Shown: positions 53,201-62,540, counted from the first letter of the stretch. The stretch: DNA of 64,000 nucleotides from Patescibacteria group bacterium (GCA_052034685.1 JBPOIH010000011.1:17910-81909); one strand, 5' to 3'. Numbers and translations: made by a program. Notes: a model not told the origin generated them from the sequence alone.

Positions 53201-56200
53201 CAATGCCTTCTTGGCAAGCGCACAGACATCTCAAGATACTGGCTGGCATCACATTGCAGCCACCTACAATGGTTCAACCATGAAAATATACGTAGATGGC
53301 GTGGAGGATGCCTCAGCCTCGGCATCAGTCACTATTCCTGACACGAGCTCCCCACTACTTATTGGTAGCACCTACGGTAGTGGTGGCAGTGGTGACGGAC
53401 AGGGTTACTTTACCGGCCTTATCGATGAGGCGCGGATTAGCTCAACTGCCCGGACGAGCTTCACAACGAAGCCGTACGTGACCACAAAGAAGATTGTTGA
53501 GCTCAACACGCCTACTTATACCAGTGGCGTAGATAGTATTGACAGCTTTGCGGTAAATGAAACGCTTAACGGTGGCAGTATAGGCTATCGTGTGTCGAAT
53601 AACGATGGCGCGACGTGGAAATTCTGGGACGGAGATTCTTGGGAGGATGCGGCCACAGAGAATGATTCCTCCACGGCTGCAGCCATAAGTAGCAATATTG
53701 CCTCCTTGCCAGTGACCTTTGATGGTATCCGTTGGCAAGCCGTGCTTAGTGGTGATGGCAACCAGCGCGTAACACTCAACTCAGTGACAATCGAGGCAAC
53801 TTCAGATATTGTTGATCCAGCTACGAATGCTGATAATATACTGGCGTACAAAGCTAACGGCGGATCGGCAATAAGTGCAAATGAATGGACAAACGGTGCC
53901 TCACCGTACTTTAGTTGGGATGCGGGTAGCGATGCTAGCTCAGGTATTCTTGGGTACTGTTTATACTTAGGCCAAAGTGATACTGCTGATCCAGTAACTA
54001 CCAAAGGCTTACTGGGCAATAGTCCGGTAGAAACTGGCGGCAATTGTGAATTTGCTGTGCCAAGCAATGAAGTAGACTTCGCTAACAGTGGCTACATCAG
54101 CACGGCCATGACATCATCGAGTAGCCCGTACTATCTGCACGTCAAAGCGATTGACCAAGCCGGTAATGTATTTGGTACGGCCGAGACTTTTCAGTTCAGG
54201 TTTGATAACACTGCCCCGGCAAACCCTGGGTTTATAACCGCCCCTTCAGGATTCATTAATACTAAGGAGGCTACATTGTCATGGGCAACAGTTGGCGGTC
54301 AGGCCGCGTCTGACGCAAATTCTGGAGTCGCTGGAATGCAGTACAAGATTGGCAATACTACTTGGTATGGCGATAGTCATACTGGCACCGGGGATAATAC
54401 CGACCTACTTGCCAATGATGGAAGCTATATGACGGTCGATCCACCTGATTATGACAATATCGAGGAAGGCGTAAACACCGTCTACTTCCGTACCTGGGAC
54501 CAGGCCGGCAACGTGACGTCATCTACCGTAACGGCTGCCTTAAAGGTCAACACCAACGGTTCTCCGTCCCCTCCCCTAAATGTTCAGGCTACCCCGTCAA
54601 CTAATACCACTAACTCGTTTGCCTTTGATTGGGATGTGCCACTTACTTTTGTTGGTGACGCGGGAAATCTAACGTATTGTTACACGATCAATGTTGAGCC
54701 CTCAGAGTCGAATTGTTCCTTCACCGGCTCAACATCATTAGGGGCCGGACCGTATGCTACCCAGCCAGGTGAAAATACATTCTATGTGGTGGCACGTGAT
54801 GAATCAAATAATATAAACTACGATAGCTACGCGACCGCATCTTTCACTGCTAATACACCTTCGCCTGGTATTGCTACGAATGTCGATATCGTTGATGTTT
54901 CAATCAAATCTACTTCTAACTGGCGCCTTGCGTTAACCTGGGAGCCGCCAACTTACACCGGTGCTGGGGTTAGTAGTTATAAAGTCTATCGTTCCACTGA
55001 TGATATCAGCTACAGTTTTGTAGGCTCTAGCACGAGTACAACGTACATTGACGCTGGTCTGTCACAGCAAACCTATTACTATTATGTCCGGGCTTGTGAC
55101 AGTACTAATAATTGTAGTGCAAACAGTAGTGACGTATCTCTCTTGCCAACAGGCAAATTTACGGAGCCGGCCACCATGACCAGTGAGCCGAAAGTTTCTG
55201 ATATAACAACTAAGAAAGCTTCGATTTCGTGGACAACTGATCGTGCGAGCGATTCTAAGGTAGCAATTGGTACTAGTAGCGGCGAGTATAGTCCTTCTGA
55301 AGTCGGTAGTTCAGACCAAGTAACTGCGCATACTATTGACCTCGATAATCTGGGTGCGGGCACAACGTACTATTATGTAGTGAAATGGACTGACGAAGAC
55401 GGTAACACCGGCGTGAGTCAGGAGTATACATTTACCACTAACCCTGCTCCAGTTATCAAAGAGGTTGAGACTACCAAAATTGGTCTCGGTAGTGCCATCG
55501 TGAGCTTTACGGTTAAGGGCGCAACCAAGGCAAGTCTTTACTTTGGCCCAGGTGAGTCGTTTGGAGGCGTAGAATCAGTTAATACGTCTGTAGAAGAGTC
55601 CAGGTATAGTGTAGAGATAGCAGGCCTTAGCGATGGCCAGAAATACTTCTATATGGTCTCAGCATTTGATAGCGAAGGCAATGAGTATGAAGGAAACATC
55701 TTCTCATTCTCTACCCCGCCCCGTCCACGTATTAGCAACCTACGCTTCCAGCCAGTTGAGGGCGAGCCAACCAGCACGCAAGAAATCACCTGGTCAACCA
55801 ATGTCCCGTCAACCTCAACCTTGACATATGGAATTGTTGGTACGAATGGAGTTGACGTGCAAGATTCAAAACTTAAGACCAATCACAAGCTTGTTATTCG
55901 TGGCTTGCAGGATGACAGTCGCTACTTCGTGATCGCACAGAGCCGCGATGCTGATGGTAACTTGGCAACATCAGACCGTCAGGAATTCCGTACAGCACTT
56001 GATACGCGTCCGCCAAAAATCATTGATATATCGATTGAAGCCTCAATCCGCGGTACTGGGGCGGAAGCGCGTGGTCAGATTATCGTCTCCTGGAAGTCTG
56101 ATGAGCCATCATCAAGTCAGGTAGCTTACGCAGAAGGTTCTGATGCAAGTGTGTTCAATAGCCGGACTACAGAAGACACTCAGCTGACCACCGAACACAT

Positions 56201-56372
56201 CGTTGTCGTATCAGATTTGCCAACCTCACGCGTTTATAGCATTCAACCAGTATCTTACGATAAGGCCCGTAACGCAGGGCTCGGTGAATCACAATCAGCA
56301 ATCATCGGTCGCGCCAGTGAAAGCGTTTTGACGATTATCTTCAATACACTGCAAAGGGTCTTTGGGTTGTAA
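50265..56372 (+). CDS. 2035-aa surface/secreted protein: N-terminal TM anchor, LamG-like parts, 14 tandem ~56-aa repeats, Fn3-like domain array
   Basis: TM helix: YATLTVYVLIVGAMLF. LamG-like: LEAWTKFDN... and GWHHIAATYNGSTMKIYVDGV...GLIDEARIS. Repeat consensus: LYAGLG-x5-DAEVW-x-W-NG-x-W-x-IGGD. Later units resemble Fn3 or the purple-acid-phosphatase N-terminus (ASISWTTDRASDSKV...TTYYYVV). Confidence 0.8.
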   Translation: MRVNSSFYRGSMRRIRRLVAQTSRFIARFLAIVALFLHRQTKKIYKFTHHHVAQKPHEKMMNRQGKYASWHSWEHHRTVHYATLTVYVLIVGAMLFSNFRNVFAASDLSQSWNFTTPSNYTYDDTSVETSGTSARHKAQNYTSDGSTSALFHLDESSGTTADDASSNNNDATTQTAGWTTGNLNNALDLNGSDEFASAPDSASLSMTGQNTLEAWTKFDNTFNTNASQDQGVIDKGAYKMYYDRTSGRINYEIANTSGNSWTRQAGNDANNSWDLDGKSIVRATVTNGTNVYAGLGLGTGDAEVWKWTGSAWSQIGGDAKNGSWADQQFEDVMALTTSGTTLYAGLGSNAAGDAEVWSCDMATNCTDWTKIGGDAVNSSWAISTYEAVTAMTVMGGNLYAGLSLSAQDAEVWRWNGASWTKVGGDGVSSSWAAALNIEAVRSLTTDGTNVYAGLGDSAQDAEVWSYNGTTWTKIGGDGVSSSWSAASNIEAVYSLTYFGGNLYAGVGLTAGDADVWRWNGATWTQIGGDALNSGWAASTYEGVYAMANDGTNLYAGVGNTNGDGEVFRWNGATWTKIGGDGINSGFSANQGDGVYAMAYGNSTLYSGLYDAAGNGTLWGWNGSSWTWTGGGYVNASWGFYNLQSVEATTTHEDKLYAGTGLTVAGNAMVWEFDGTNWQVIGGQGVRGSWAADTFENVFALQSYNGDLYAGIGTTANDAEVWRYDGSTWTKVGGDSLNSGWTTNFEGVYSLTIYGGNLYAGLGASAQDAEVWRWNGSSWLRVGGDGTNSSWSVASNIEVVYAMTAYDGNLYAALGTSTNDSDIWRYNGSTWTQVGGDGLGSSWNTAYEEAYIMRVYNNNLVVGLGSGTDDAEVWSYNGTTWTKIGGDDVNNSWTNGTYERVRAMAVYNGKLYAGVGDTAGDGEVWEWNGSTWTQIAGDSLNSGWTNVIEYVGTLIDYKGKLYAGVGNSANADAQIWSYGNNAFLASAQTSQDTGWHHIAATYNGSTMKIYVDGVEDASASASVTIPDTSSPLLIGSTYGSGGSGDGQGYFTGLIDEARISSTARTSFTTKPYVTTKKIVELNTPTYTSGVDSIDSFAVNETLNGGSIGYRVSNNDGATWKFWDGDSWEDAATENDSSTAAAISSNIASLPVTFDGIRWQAVLSGDGNQRVTLNSVTIEATSDIVDPATNADNILAYKANGGSAISANEWTNGASPYFSWDAGSDASSGILGYCLYLGQSDTADPVTTKGLLGNSPVETGGNCEFAVPSNEVDFANSGYISTAMTSSSSPYYLHVKAIDQAGNVFGTAETFQFRFDNTAPANPGFITAPSGFINTKEATLSWATVGGQAASDANSGVAGMQYKIGNTTWYGDSHTGTGDNTDLLANDGSYMTVDPPDYDNIEEGVNTVYFRTWDQAGNVTSSTVTAALKVNTNGSPSPPLNVQATPSTNTTNSFAFDWDVPLTFVGDAGNLTYCYTINVEPSESNCSFTGSTSLGAGPYATQPGENTFYVVARDESNNINYDSYATASFTANTPSPGIATNVDIVDVSIKSTSNWRLALTWEPPTYTGAGVSSYKVYRSTDDISYSFVGSSTSTTYIDAGLSQQTYYYYVRACDSTNNCSANSSDVSLLPTGKFTEPATMTSEPKVSDITTKKASISWTTDRASDSKVAIGTSSGEYSPSEVGSSDQVTAHTIDLDNLGAGTTYYYVVKWTDEDGNTGVSQEYTFTTNPAPVIKEVETTKIGLGSAIVSFTVKGATKASLYFGPGESFGGVESVNTSVEESRYSVEIAGLSDGQKYFYMVSAFDSEGNEYEGNIFSFSTPPRPRISNLRFQPVEGEPTSTQEITWSTNVPSTSTLTYGIVGTNGVDVQDSKLKTNHKLVIRGLQDDSRYFVIAQSRDADGNLATSDRQEFRTALDTRPPKIIDISIEASIRGTGAEARGQIIVSWKSDEPSSSQVAYAEGSDASVFNSRTTEDTQLTTEHIVVVSDLPTSRVYSIQPVSYDKARNAGLGESQSAIIGRASESVLTIIFNTLQRVFGL
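51078..53200 (+). repeat. 14 tandem ~56-codon intragenic repeats (beta-propeller-like)
   Basis: I counted 14 occurrences of the (L/V)Y(A/S)G(L/V/I/T)G...(D/G)(A/G)(E/D)(V/I)W core in the translation. Confidence 0.75.
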
Positions 56373-56373
56373 T

Positions 56374-57159
56374 ATGGATAGTAATAAGCAAAACATAATC
56401 AGTCTGACAAACGTTGACCAGTCGTTTGTTGTAGGAGAAGAAAAGATAGATGTCCTCCATGACATAAACTTTAATCTGTCGCCAAATACCTTCAACATTA
56501 TTTATGGTCCGTCTGGCTCTGGTAAGTCAACCTTGCTTAATATTCTGTCAGGACTTCAGAAGCCTTCAGCTGGCACGGTGGTGTTTGGCGGCAGTCGACT
56601 CTATGAATTAAACCCAAACGAGCTTGCCGCCTTCCGTGCCAACCAGATTGGCATCGTGTATCAGCAGAACTATTGGGTGAAGAGTCTTAACGTGGTTGAG
56701 AATGTGTCAATGCCGATGTATTTCTTGGGCTATTCACGCGGTACAGCAGCGAAGATTGCCATCACGGCCTTAGAACAGGTTGGCATGGCGGCATACGCCA
56801 AGAAGAACCCTTCTCTTCTCTCCGGTGGTGAGCAACAGCGTGTTGCGACAGCGCGGGCGATCGTCAATAACCCTCTGTTTATTATTGCTGACGAACCAAC
56901 GGGTAGCCTAGATAGTAAGAACGGCGATATGATTATGAACCTGCTCCAGAAGTGTCAGACAGACCTTAAACGTACCATTATTCTGGTGACGCACAACATG
57001 GAGTACTTGCCTCTTGCTGATAAGTTGTTGCACATAGAAGACGGCCATGTTGTTGAGCAAAAGGATGAGAGTATTAAAGAGACGGCTGATTTGTTACTTG
57101 ATCAAATGAAGCAGCGAATAGATAGACTAGCAAAGGCGAAGGTCCATGGAGCACAATAA
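56374..57159 (+). CDS. ABC transporter ATP-binding protein (MacB/FtsE-like)
   Basis: Walker [10 protein letters not shown], signature LSGGEQQR and Walker [16 protein letters not shown] 56374 lies 1 nt after the giant gene's stop. Confidence 0.9.
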   Translation: MDSNKQNIISLTNVDQSFVVGEEKIDVLHDINFNLSPNTFNIIYGPSGSGKSTLLNILSGLQKPSAGTVVFGGSRLYELNPNELAAFRANQIGIVYQQNYWVKSLNVVENVSMPMYFLGYSRGTAAKIAITALEQVGMAAYAKKNPSLLSGGEQQRVATARAIVNNPLFIIADEPTGSLDSKNGDMIMNLLQKCQTDLKRTIILVTHNMEYLPLADKLLHIEDGHVVEQKDESIKETADLLLDQMKQRIDRLAKAKVHGAQ

Positions 57160-58450
57160 CGACAATCCGCAGCCAGCTACGGCACAAACGAGTATGCCTC
57201 GGTTCAGGTCGCCCGAAGCAAAAATTGGTGACGACTCTCTGAGGCGAAAAAAATACCGCGCTATTAAACTTCGAATCATCTTCCATTTGGCCTTACGGAA
57301 CATTACCAGCAAAAAACTCCGATCCTTCCTGACGGTTTTTGGTGTGGTCATTGGTATCGGCTCGATCTTCTTCCTGATGTCATTTGGTATCGGAATCCAA
57401 GATTTGGTTACACGTCAGGTTATTGGCGATAAATCACTCAAGGCACTTGAAGTTACCTCGCCTAACTCACGAATCTTGCAACTAGACGACACGGCGGTTA
57501 ACAGAATACGGACTTTTCCTCATGTCGAAAAAGTTGGTCTTCAGTATTCGTTTCCGGGCAGTGTTGCTTTCGGCGGGGGTGAAGTAGATTCAGTTGTCTA
57601 CGGGATAAACAAGGACTACCAATCAACTACAAGCTTTAACGTACGACAAGGTCGTTTACTTAACGAAGATGATACGCGTTCAGTTGTCCTCAATGCGTCT
57701 GCACTCAAGGCGATCGGAATAGAGGACCAAGCCAAAGCCATTAATCAACAGATAACACTGACTATCCCTTTGCAAAAGGTCAATGCAAAAAAGAACGAGA
57801 TCCGAGATAAGTTCACGATTGTTGGTGTAATTGAGTCCGGTGCCGGGAGTGAAATCTTTACTATTAGCGACATTTTTACCGGCGCGGGAGTGCCCTACTA
57901 CCAGCAGATAAAAGCAGTCAGTGATGACACAAAGAACATCGCGACATTAAGGAAGCAGATTGAGAGCAACGGCTTCCAGACCTCTTCTTTGGTAGACACG
58001 CTTGATGAAATCAACAAAATCTTCAAATTCTTCAATGTTATTCTTGTCAGTTTTGGTTCTATCGGTATGATTGTGGCCGTCTTGGGTATGTTCAACACCT
58101 TGACAATCTCCCTTCTCGAGCGCACCAAGGAGATTGGGCTTATGATGGCTCTCGGTGGCCGACGCTCGGATATGCGCAAGTTATTTATCTTTGAAGCACT
58201 CTTGATTTCGTTTGCCGGTGCGGTTATTGGTATTATTCTGGCCATGTTTGGAGGAACGCTCGTTAACGCCTACTTGAATGCTGGCGCCCGGGGGCGTGGC
58301 GTGACTCAGTCATTCAGTGTTTTTGCATACCCTCTGTGGATTATTCTTGCGGCAATTGGCTTTACGCTCGTCGTTGGTTTGGCGGTGGTGTACTTCCCTG
58401 CTCGCCGTGCTGAGAAGATCAATCCAATCGATGCCCTGCGTCGAGAATAA
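57146..58450 (+). CDS. ABC transporter permease, FtsX/MacB family
   Basis: The C-terminal FtsX domain reads GMFNTLTISLLERTKEIGLMMALGG. It overlaps the ATPase gene by 14 nt. Confidence 0.85.
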   Translation: MEHNNDNPQPATAQTSMPRFRSPEAKIGDDSLRRKKYRAIKLRIIFHLALRNITSKKLRSFLTVFGVVIGIGSIFFLMSFGIGIQDLVTRQVIGDKSLKALEVTSPNSRILQLDDTAVNRIRTFPHVEKVGLQYSFPGSVAFGGGEVDSVVYGINKDYQSTTSFNVRQGRLLNEDDTRSVVLNASALKAIGIEDQAKAINQQITLTIPLQKVNAKKNEIRDKFTIVGVIESGAGSEIFTISDIFTGAGVPYYQQIKAVSDDTKNIATLRKQIESNGFQTSSLVDTLDEINKIFKFFNVILVSFGSIGMIVAVLGMFNTLTISLLERTKEIGLMMALGGRRSDMRKLFIFEALLISFAGAVIGIILAMFGGTLVNAYLNAGARGRGVTQSFSVFAYPLWIILAAIGFTLVVGLAVVYFPARRAEKINPIDALRRE

Positions 58451-58459
58451 ACTTGGGCA

Positions 58460-58921
58460 CTATTTGTATTGTGCCAGGGTACGAGCGGTGTCACGGTTTT
58501 GGTCCCGCTGCTTGATCGTTTCTCGTTTGTCGTAGCGTTTTTTGCCTGTACCTACAGCTATGCGGACTTTTATGTACCTGCCTTTGGTGAGAATGTCTGT
58601 AGGGATTATTGATTTGCCCTGTTGCTTCGCTGCCATGAGTGCGGCAATCTGTTTTTTATTGACGAGTATCTTACGGCTCCTGGTCTGCTCTGATTCGCTA
58701 ATGGGTATGCCGTTTGTACCTGATATCGTGGCATTGAGTAGCCACAGTTCGTTATCTTTGATCGTTACATAGGCGCCACGAAGTTGACCGAGGTGCATGC
58801 GCAATGCTTTGGTCTCTGGCCCGGTCAAAACAAGACCGGCCACTATATCGTCACCGAGGTCGTAATCAAACCGCGCGCGGCGGTTTTTGATCGTCCCTGG
58901 GTTAGTTTTCTTCTTTGCCAT
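58460..58921 (-). CDS. smpB: SsrA-binding protein
   Basis: Reads IKNRRARFDYDL...GLVLTGPETKALR...RKILVNKKQI. Confidence 0.9.
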   Translation of the reverse strand: MAKKKTNPGTIKNRRARFDYDLGDDIVAGLVLTGPETKALRMHLGQLRGAYVTIKDNELWLLNATISGTNGIPISESEQTRSRKILVNKKQIAALMAAKQQGKSIIPTDILTKGRYIKVRIAVGTGKKRYDKRETIKQRDQNRDTARTLAQYK

Positions 58922-58974
58922 GGTAATAAGTATGCCAGTTTAGTGGCGTAAGCCAAAATGCTTATAGGCTAATG

Positions 58975-60192
58975 CTATGGCGTATACTCGCCTTCTCGGT
59001 AAGCTTGGGCGTTTTGAGTCTTTTGAATCGAACGTTTAGCCGCATCCCATAGGCTTGGATCATTACCTTTGACCTTGCGCCAGTACCACCATTCAGCGCC
59101 CCAGAGATCGATGGTTTTTAGACCGGTTGCCTTGCCGTATTCGATACGTTTTTCGAGCATGTCTGCGCTCATTGATTTGTCCTGCTCTTCAATACTAGCT
59201 TGCCGTAGGTCATAGCCGGGTGGCATCCATGGTTCGGCTTGTAGTTCGTGCAGGATGGTATTCCTGCCCGTAGTGAGTTCAGTAGCGCCTGCAAAGAACG
59301 CGTAGTACCAAGACGGTAATGGGTATTCAAAGTATCGCTGTGTGACGGTTTTATCCCATACGCGCTTGTAGACGGCAGCGCCAGATTGGTCAGGCTGCGG
59401 CTCGCCTATTGGCCAGCTTGGCACGGCGTTATTACTGCGGGTGATGACAACTGGCTTAGTACTGTCGAGTGACTTAACAAACTCGAACTCATCAATTAAT
59501 CGCTCGCGTGAATGGTCGGGACAACGGCCAAATACGCTTAAAAAGAACTCGTTTTCTAATTGGTAAGACTTTAGATTAGGGTGATCTTTGTAGCGTTCAA
59601 TCGTTGCTTGCATGAAGTCTTTGAGCTCTGGGTACCACTTGTCTTTGGGCATTTCGCGCGCCCAGTTGGGCATGTGGCATTCTGGCCAACGGGGCTGTCG
59701 CAAGCCAATGGCCAGTGAGACTTCAGCATTTGCCTGTCGTGCCATCTCAAACTGCCAATCAAGCTCACTGAAGTCGTATGTACCGTTAGTCTTTTCAATA
59801 TCACTCCAGTAGCTCACAAACCTAAAACGTCGCAAACCGAGGTCGTTCATCATGGCACTCAGGGTCTCTTTGGGGTCTAGTTCAAAATAGCGAGCATAGT
59901 TTGGTACAAATGTGGTACCCAGCTTGAGTTGCTCGTTTCTGTGCCGAAAGATATAAATCTGTGCAAAGCCATACATGAGCAAGGTCAGCACAAGCACCGC
60001 GGTTACAAAAAATATGCCAATGCGCTGGCCCAAACTGCGTTCCTTCCACCAATATCGCGGTTTCTCTACTCGAAAAGCTTTTTGTACGTGATGCCAGATA
60101 CGGCTGCGGTTGCGCCTTTCATTGCTCCCCCAGCGGCGCGCATAAAAAGGCTTTGATTTTGCGGACGACTTTTTTCGTTTTGTGCGTGGCAT
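58975..60192 (-). CDS. membrane-anchored clan GH-A (GH42/GH5-like) glycoside hydrolase (tentative family)
   Basis: A TM helix is followed by WSDIEKTNGTYDFSELDWQFEMA and YQLENEF (candidate acid/base NE). Confidence 0.55.
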   Translation of the reverse strand: MPRTKRKKSSAKSKPFYARRWGSNERRNRSRIWHHVQKAFRVEKPRYWWKERSLGQRIGIFFVTAVLVLTLLMYGFAQIYIFRHRNEQLKLGTTFVPNYARYFELDPKETLSAMMNDLGLRRFRFVSYWSDIEKTNGTYDFSELDWQFEMARQANAEVSLAIGLRQPRWPECHMPNWAREMPKDKWYPELKDFMQATIERYKDHPNLKSYQLENEFFLSVFGRCPDHSRERLIDEFEFVKSLDSTKPVVITRSNNAVPSWPIGEPQPDQSGAAVYKRVWDKTVTQRYFEYPLPSWYYAFFAGATELTTGRNTILHELQAEPWMPPGYDLRQASIEEQDKSMSADMLEKRIEYGKATGLKTIDLWGAEWWYWRKVKGNDPSLWDAAKRSIQKTQNAQAYREGEYTP

Positions 60193-60214
60193 TTGCTACT
60201 ATTTTACCGTATCT

Positions 60215-61045
60215 ATGAAAAAAACATTAACACTATCGCTGGTTATCCCGGCATATAACGAACAAGATGACATTCGTGCCTGTCTGCAATCAGTGGCCGA
60301 ACAGATAGAAATGCCTGACGAAGTTATAGTTGTCAATAACAATTCAACTGACAAAACTGTAGCAATCGCCTCTGAATTCTCTTTCGTGACCGTCATCAAT
60401 GAACCACGCCAGGGTCTGCGTTGCACGCGAGATACGGGTATTGCAGCGTCCCGTGGCCAGGTCATTGGGAGGATTGATGCAGATACACGTTTAACGCCCA
60501 CTTGGGTACAGCGTGCCAAGCAGGTAATGTCTGACAGTGCGGTGATGGCAGCAACAGGCCCCTGCTATTACCACGACATGCCAGCTAAAAAAGTCGGCTT
60601 ACTGTTTGATCGGGCTATTCGGCGCGGACTGTTCCGGCTTGACGCTTCACCCGTGCTGTTTGGTAGTAACATGGTGCTTCGTCGTACGGCGTGGGATACG
60701 ATTCTCCCATTGCTCTGTACTCAGGGCGAATTCTTTGAGGATGTTGACATCACGATCCATTTTAGACAACAAAAGTTGCAGATTGTGTTTGACGAAGAGC
60801 TTGTTGTGGGCGTTTCGTCGCGGCGGCTCGAGGATGATCCGCAAACGTTTCGCAAAGACATGAAGCTCCATACTGCGACATTTGCCATGCATGGGCAGTC
60901 TAGCCATGTCGCAACCGGCGGCCGTCTTATCTACGTCGGTATTTACCCACCACTCAAGTTACTACGTAGCATCTACGACCCGCACACTAATCAGTTAACG
61001 CTCAGTAAAGCCAAGAGTAAGCCTCGCCCGACTGCCAACACATGA
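60215..61045 (+). CDS. family 2 glycosyltransferase
   Basis: Reads LSLVIPAYNEQDDI...VIVVNNNSTDKT...GRIDADT. Start trimmed to ATG 60215. Confidence 0.8.
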   Translation: MKKTLTLSLVIPAYNEQDDIRACLQSVAEQIEMPDEVIVVNNNSTDKTVAIASEFSFVTVINEPRQGLRCTRDTGIAASRGQVIGRIDADTRLTPTWVQRAKQVMSDSAVMAATGPCYYHDMPAKKVGLLFDRAIRRGLFRLDASPVLFGSNMVLRRTAWDTILPLLCTQGEFFEDVDITIHFRQQKLQIVFDEELVVGVSSRRLEDDPQTFRKDMKLHTATFAMHGQSSHVATGGRLIYVGIYPPLKLLRSIYDPHTNQLTLSKAKSKPRPTANT

Positions 61046-61047
61046 GT

Positions 61048-61614
61048 TTACTCGGCGTTTGACGTATAGCCGCCGTATTTGTTCTGCTCAGGCGTGCAAG
61101 ACTTCCAGAGGCCCTTTTCTTCTGTCCTGGCGGTCGTTTGTAAGGCGCGGAATTCATCGGCCTTGGTGAAAGGAAAGCTAGTGTAGGCAAAGCCGTAGCC
61201 CTGAGCAATAATCTCGGCGTTGACGAGCCTACCATCTGGCAGGTAGATGTAGCGAAGTAATCGGTTATAACGGTCGCGGTTGGTGTTGAGCGGATCGGCC
61301 TCCAGACGAACCGCTTGCTCGCCAATGAGGTCTTTGGTGAACTGGCTGGCAACTTTGCCAAAGCACTGCACGGCCTTGCGGGGGTCTTGTGTCTCTGGCG
61401 TGTCAACACCAATAAACCGTATCTTTTCCTGCCTCCCACTCATATCTACCGTAATGGTGTCGCCGTCGTTGAAGTCAGTAACTGTATAAAACCCTGCTGG
61501 TGCTACCGCGCGCTGGGCAGGCTCTTCTATTAACCCATTGATTTTTGGCCCGACCAACAACACGATTGCAAATACAACCAATCCGACGAGTTGCTTCTTC
61601 TGACGTTTTTGCAT
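61048..61614 (-). CDS. thermonuclease (SNase-like), membrane anchored
   Basis: Reads DGDTITV...IRFIGVDTPE...RYNRLLRYIY. Confidence 0.8.
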   Translation of the reverse strand: MQKRQKKQLVGLVVFAIVLLVGPKINGLIEEPAQRAVAPAGFYTVTDFNDGDTITVDMSGRQEKIRFIGVDTPETQDPRKAVQCFGKVASQFTKDLIGEQAVRLEADPLNTNRDRYNRLLRYIYLPDGRLVNAEIIAQGYGFAYTSFPFTKADEFRALQTTARTEEKGLWKSCTPEQNKYGGYTSNAE

Positions 61615-61699
61615 ACCCCTAGCCTACGCCGCTTACGTTTAAACGCAAGCAGTAGGCTTGAAAATCAACACCACAGTATTAAGTAGTGCCGAGGTTGGA

Positions 61700-61899
61700 T
61701 TAGTAATCGATACCTTTGTTGGCGAGAAACTTATCGTCGAAGTGACGATCCATGAGAGGGGCACATCCCCTCTCATCGCGCCGGCAAAATCGTGCGAGAT
61801 TTTGTCGGGCTGCTCTCCCCTAACTCGAGGAGCTCTTAGTAGTCAATACCTTTATTAGCAAGGAATTTATCATCAAAGTGGTGTTTGACCGCACCCCTC
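61700..61899 (-). repeat. two decayed copies (61700-61753, 61846-61899) of the last 17 codons + stop of the cobO-like gene
   Basis: The copies translate as (M)DRHFDDKFLANKGIDY* and VKHHFDDKFLANKGIDY*, against the gene's IKHHFDDKFLANKGIDY*. The nucleotide differences are mostly synonymous transitions. Confidence 0.75.
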
Positions 61900-61970
61900 A
61901 AAATTCATGATTTTGTGGGGACCCCGCTTGAAAATCAAACACCACAGTACAGATTAGTAACGAGCTAAAC

Positions 61971-62540
61971 TCAGTAATCGATACCTTTATTGGCAAGGAA
62001 TTTATCGTCGAAGTGGTGCTTGATTTTGGTCATGTTGGTGGCGATGTCGACTTTTGGCAGTAGTTTCTCTGGGAAGTTTCGTCCCGTCATGCAGAGGCTT
62101 GTTTTGGCGTGCCTATCTGTAATGAGCTTTTCCATATCACTAACGGCCAACAGCCCGTCATTAACGGCGTTATTAATCTCGTCACATATGACAAGATCAA
62201 ACTTACCGCTCGTAGCGGCTTTGTAGGCTTCTGCATACGTATCGGTGGCGGCTTGTTTGTGTTCGTCTTCTGTAATTCCCTTGGCGCTGAGTTCGCCAGC
62301 GTCGTAGAACCCTTTACCGCCCTTATAAAAGTAGAGTTTTTCTTTGAACAGCGGTTGGATTTTGGCAATAAAACGATGCTCGCCAACTTCCCAGTGCTTA
62401 ATAAACTGAATAAATGCCACCGACCAATCAGTACCAAGTGCTCGTGTCATGAGTCCCATACTGGCACTGGTTTTGCCTTTACTTTCTCCAGTGTAGACGA
62501 TAATAACGCTGTCTTTTTGTTTGTAATCTTCAAATGCCAT
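61971..62540 (-). CDS. cobO: cob(I)yrinic acid a,c-diamide adenosyltransferase (CobA/CobO/BtuR family)
   Basis: Reads IIVYTGESKGKTSASMGLMTRALG...IQFIK...LVICDEINNAV...MTGRNFP...IKHHFD. Confidence 0.8.
   Translation of the reverse strand: MAFEDYKQKDSVIIVYTGESKGKTSASMGLMTRALGTDWSVAFIQFIKHWEVGEHRFIAKIQPLFKEKLYFYKGGKGFYDAGELSAKGITEDEHKQAATDTYAEAYKAATSGKFDLVICDEINNAVNDGLLAVSDMEKLITDRHAKTSLCMTGRNFPEKLLPKVDIATNMTKIKHHFDDKFLANKGIDY

Noticed and set aside
50533-56498. The many 60-160-aa ORFs on both strands inside 50.5-56.5 kb
   Set aside because: All of them are nested within, or antisense to, the continuous 2035-aa ORF with its consistent repeat and domain structure.
61700-61973. A diversity-generating retroelement (template/variable repeat) at the cobO-like 3' end
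   Set aside because: There is no reverse transcriptase nearby. The differences between copies are mostly synonymous transitions rather than adenine-specific substitutions, and the copies retain stop codons.
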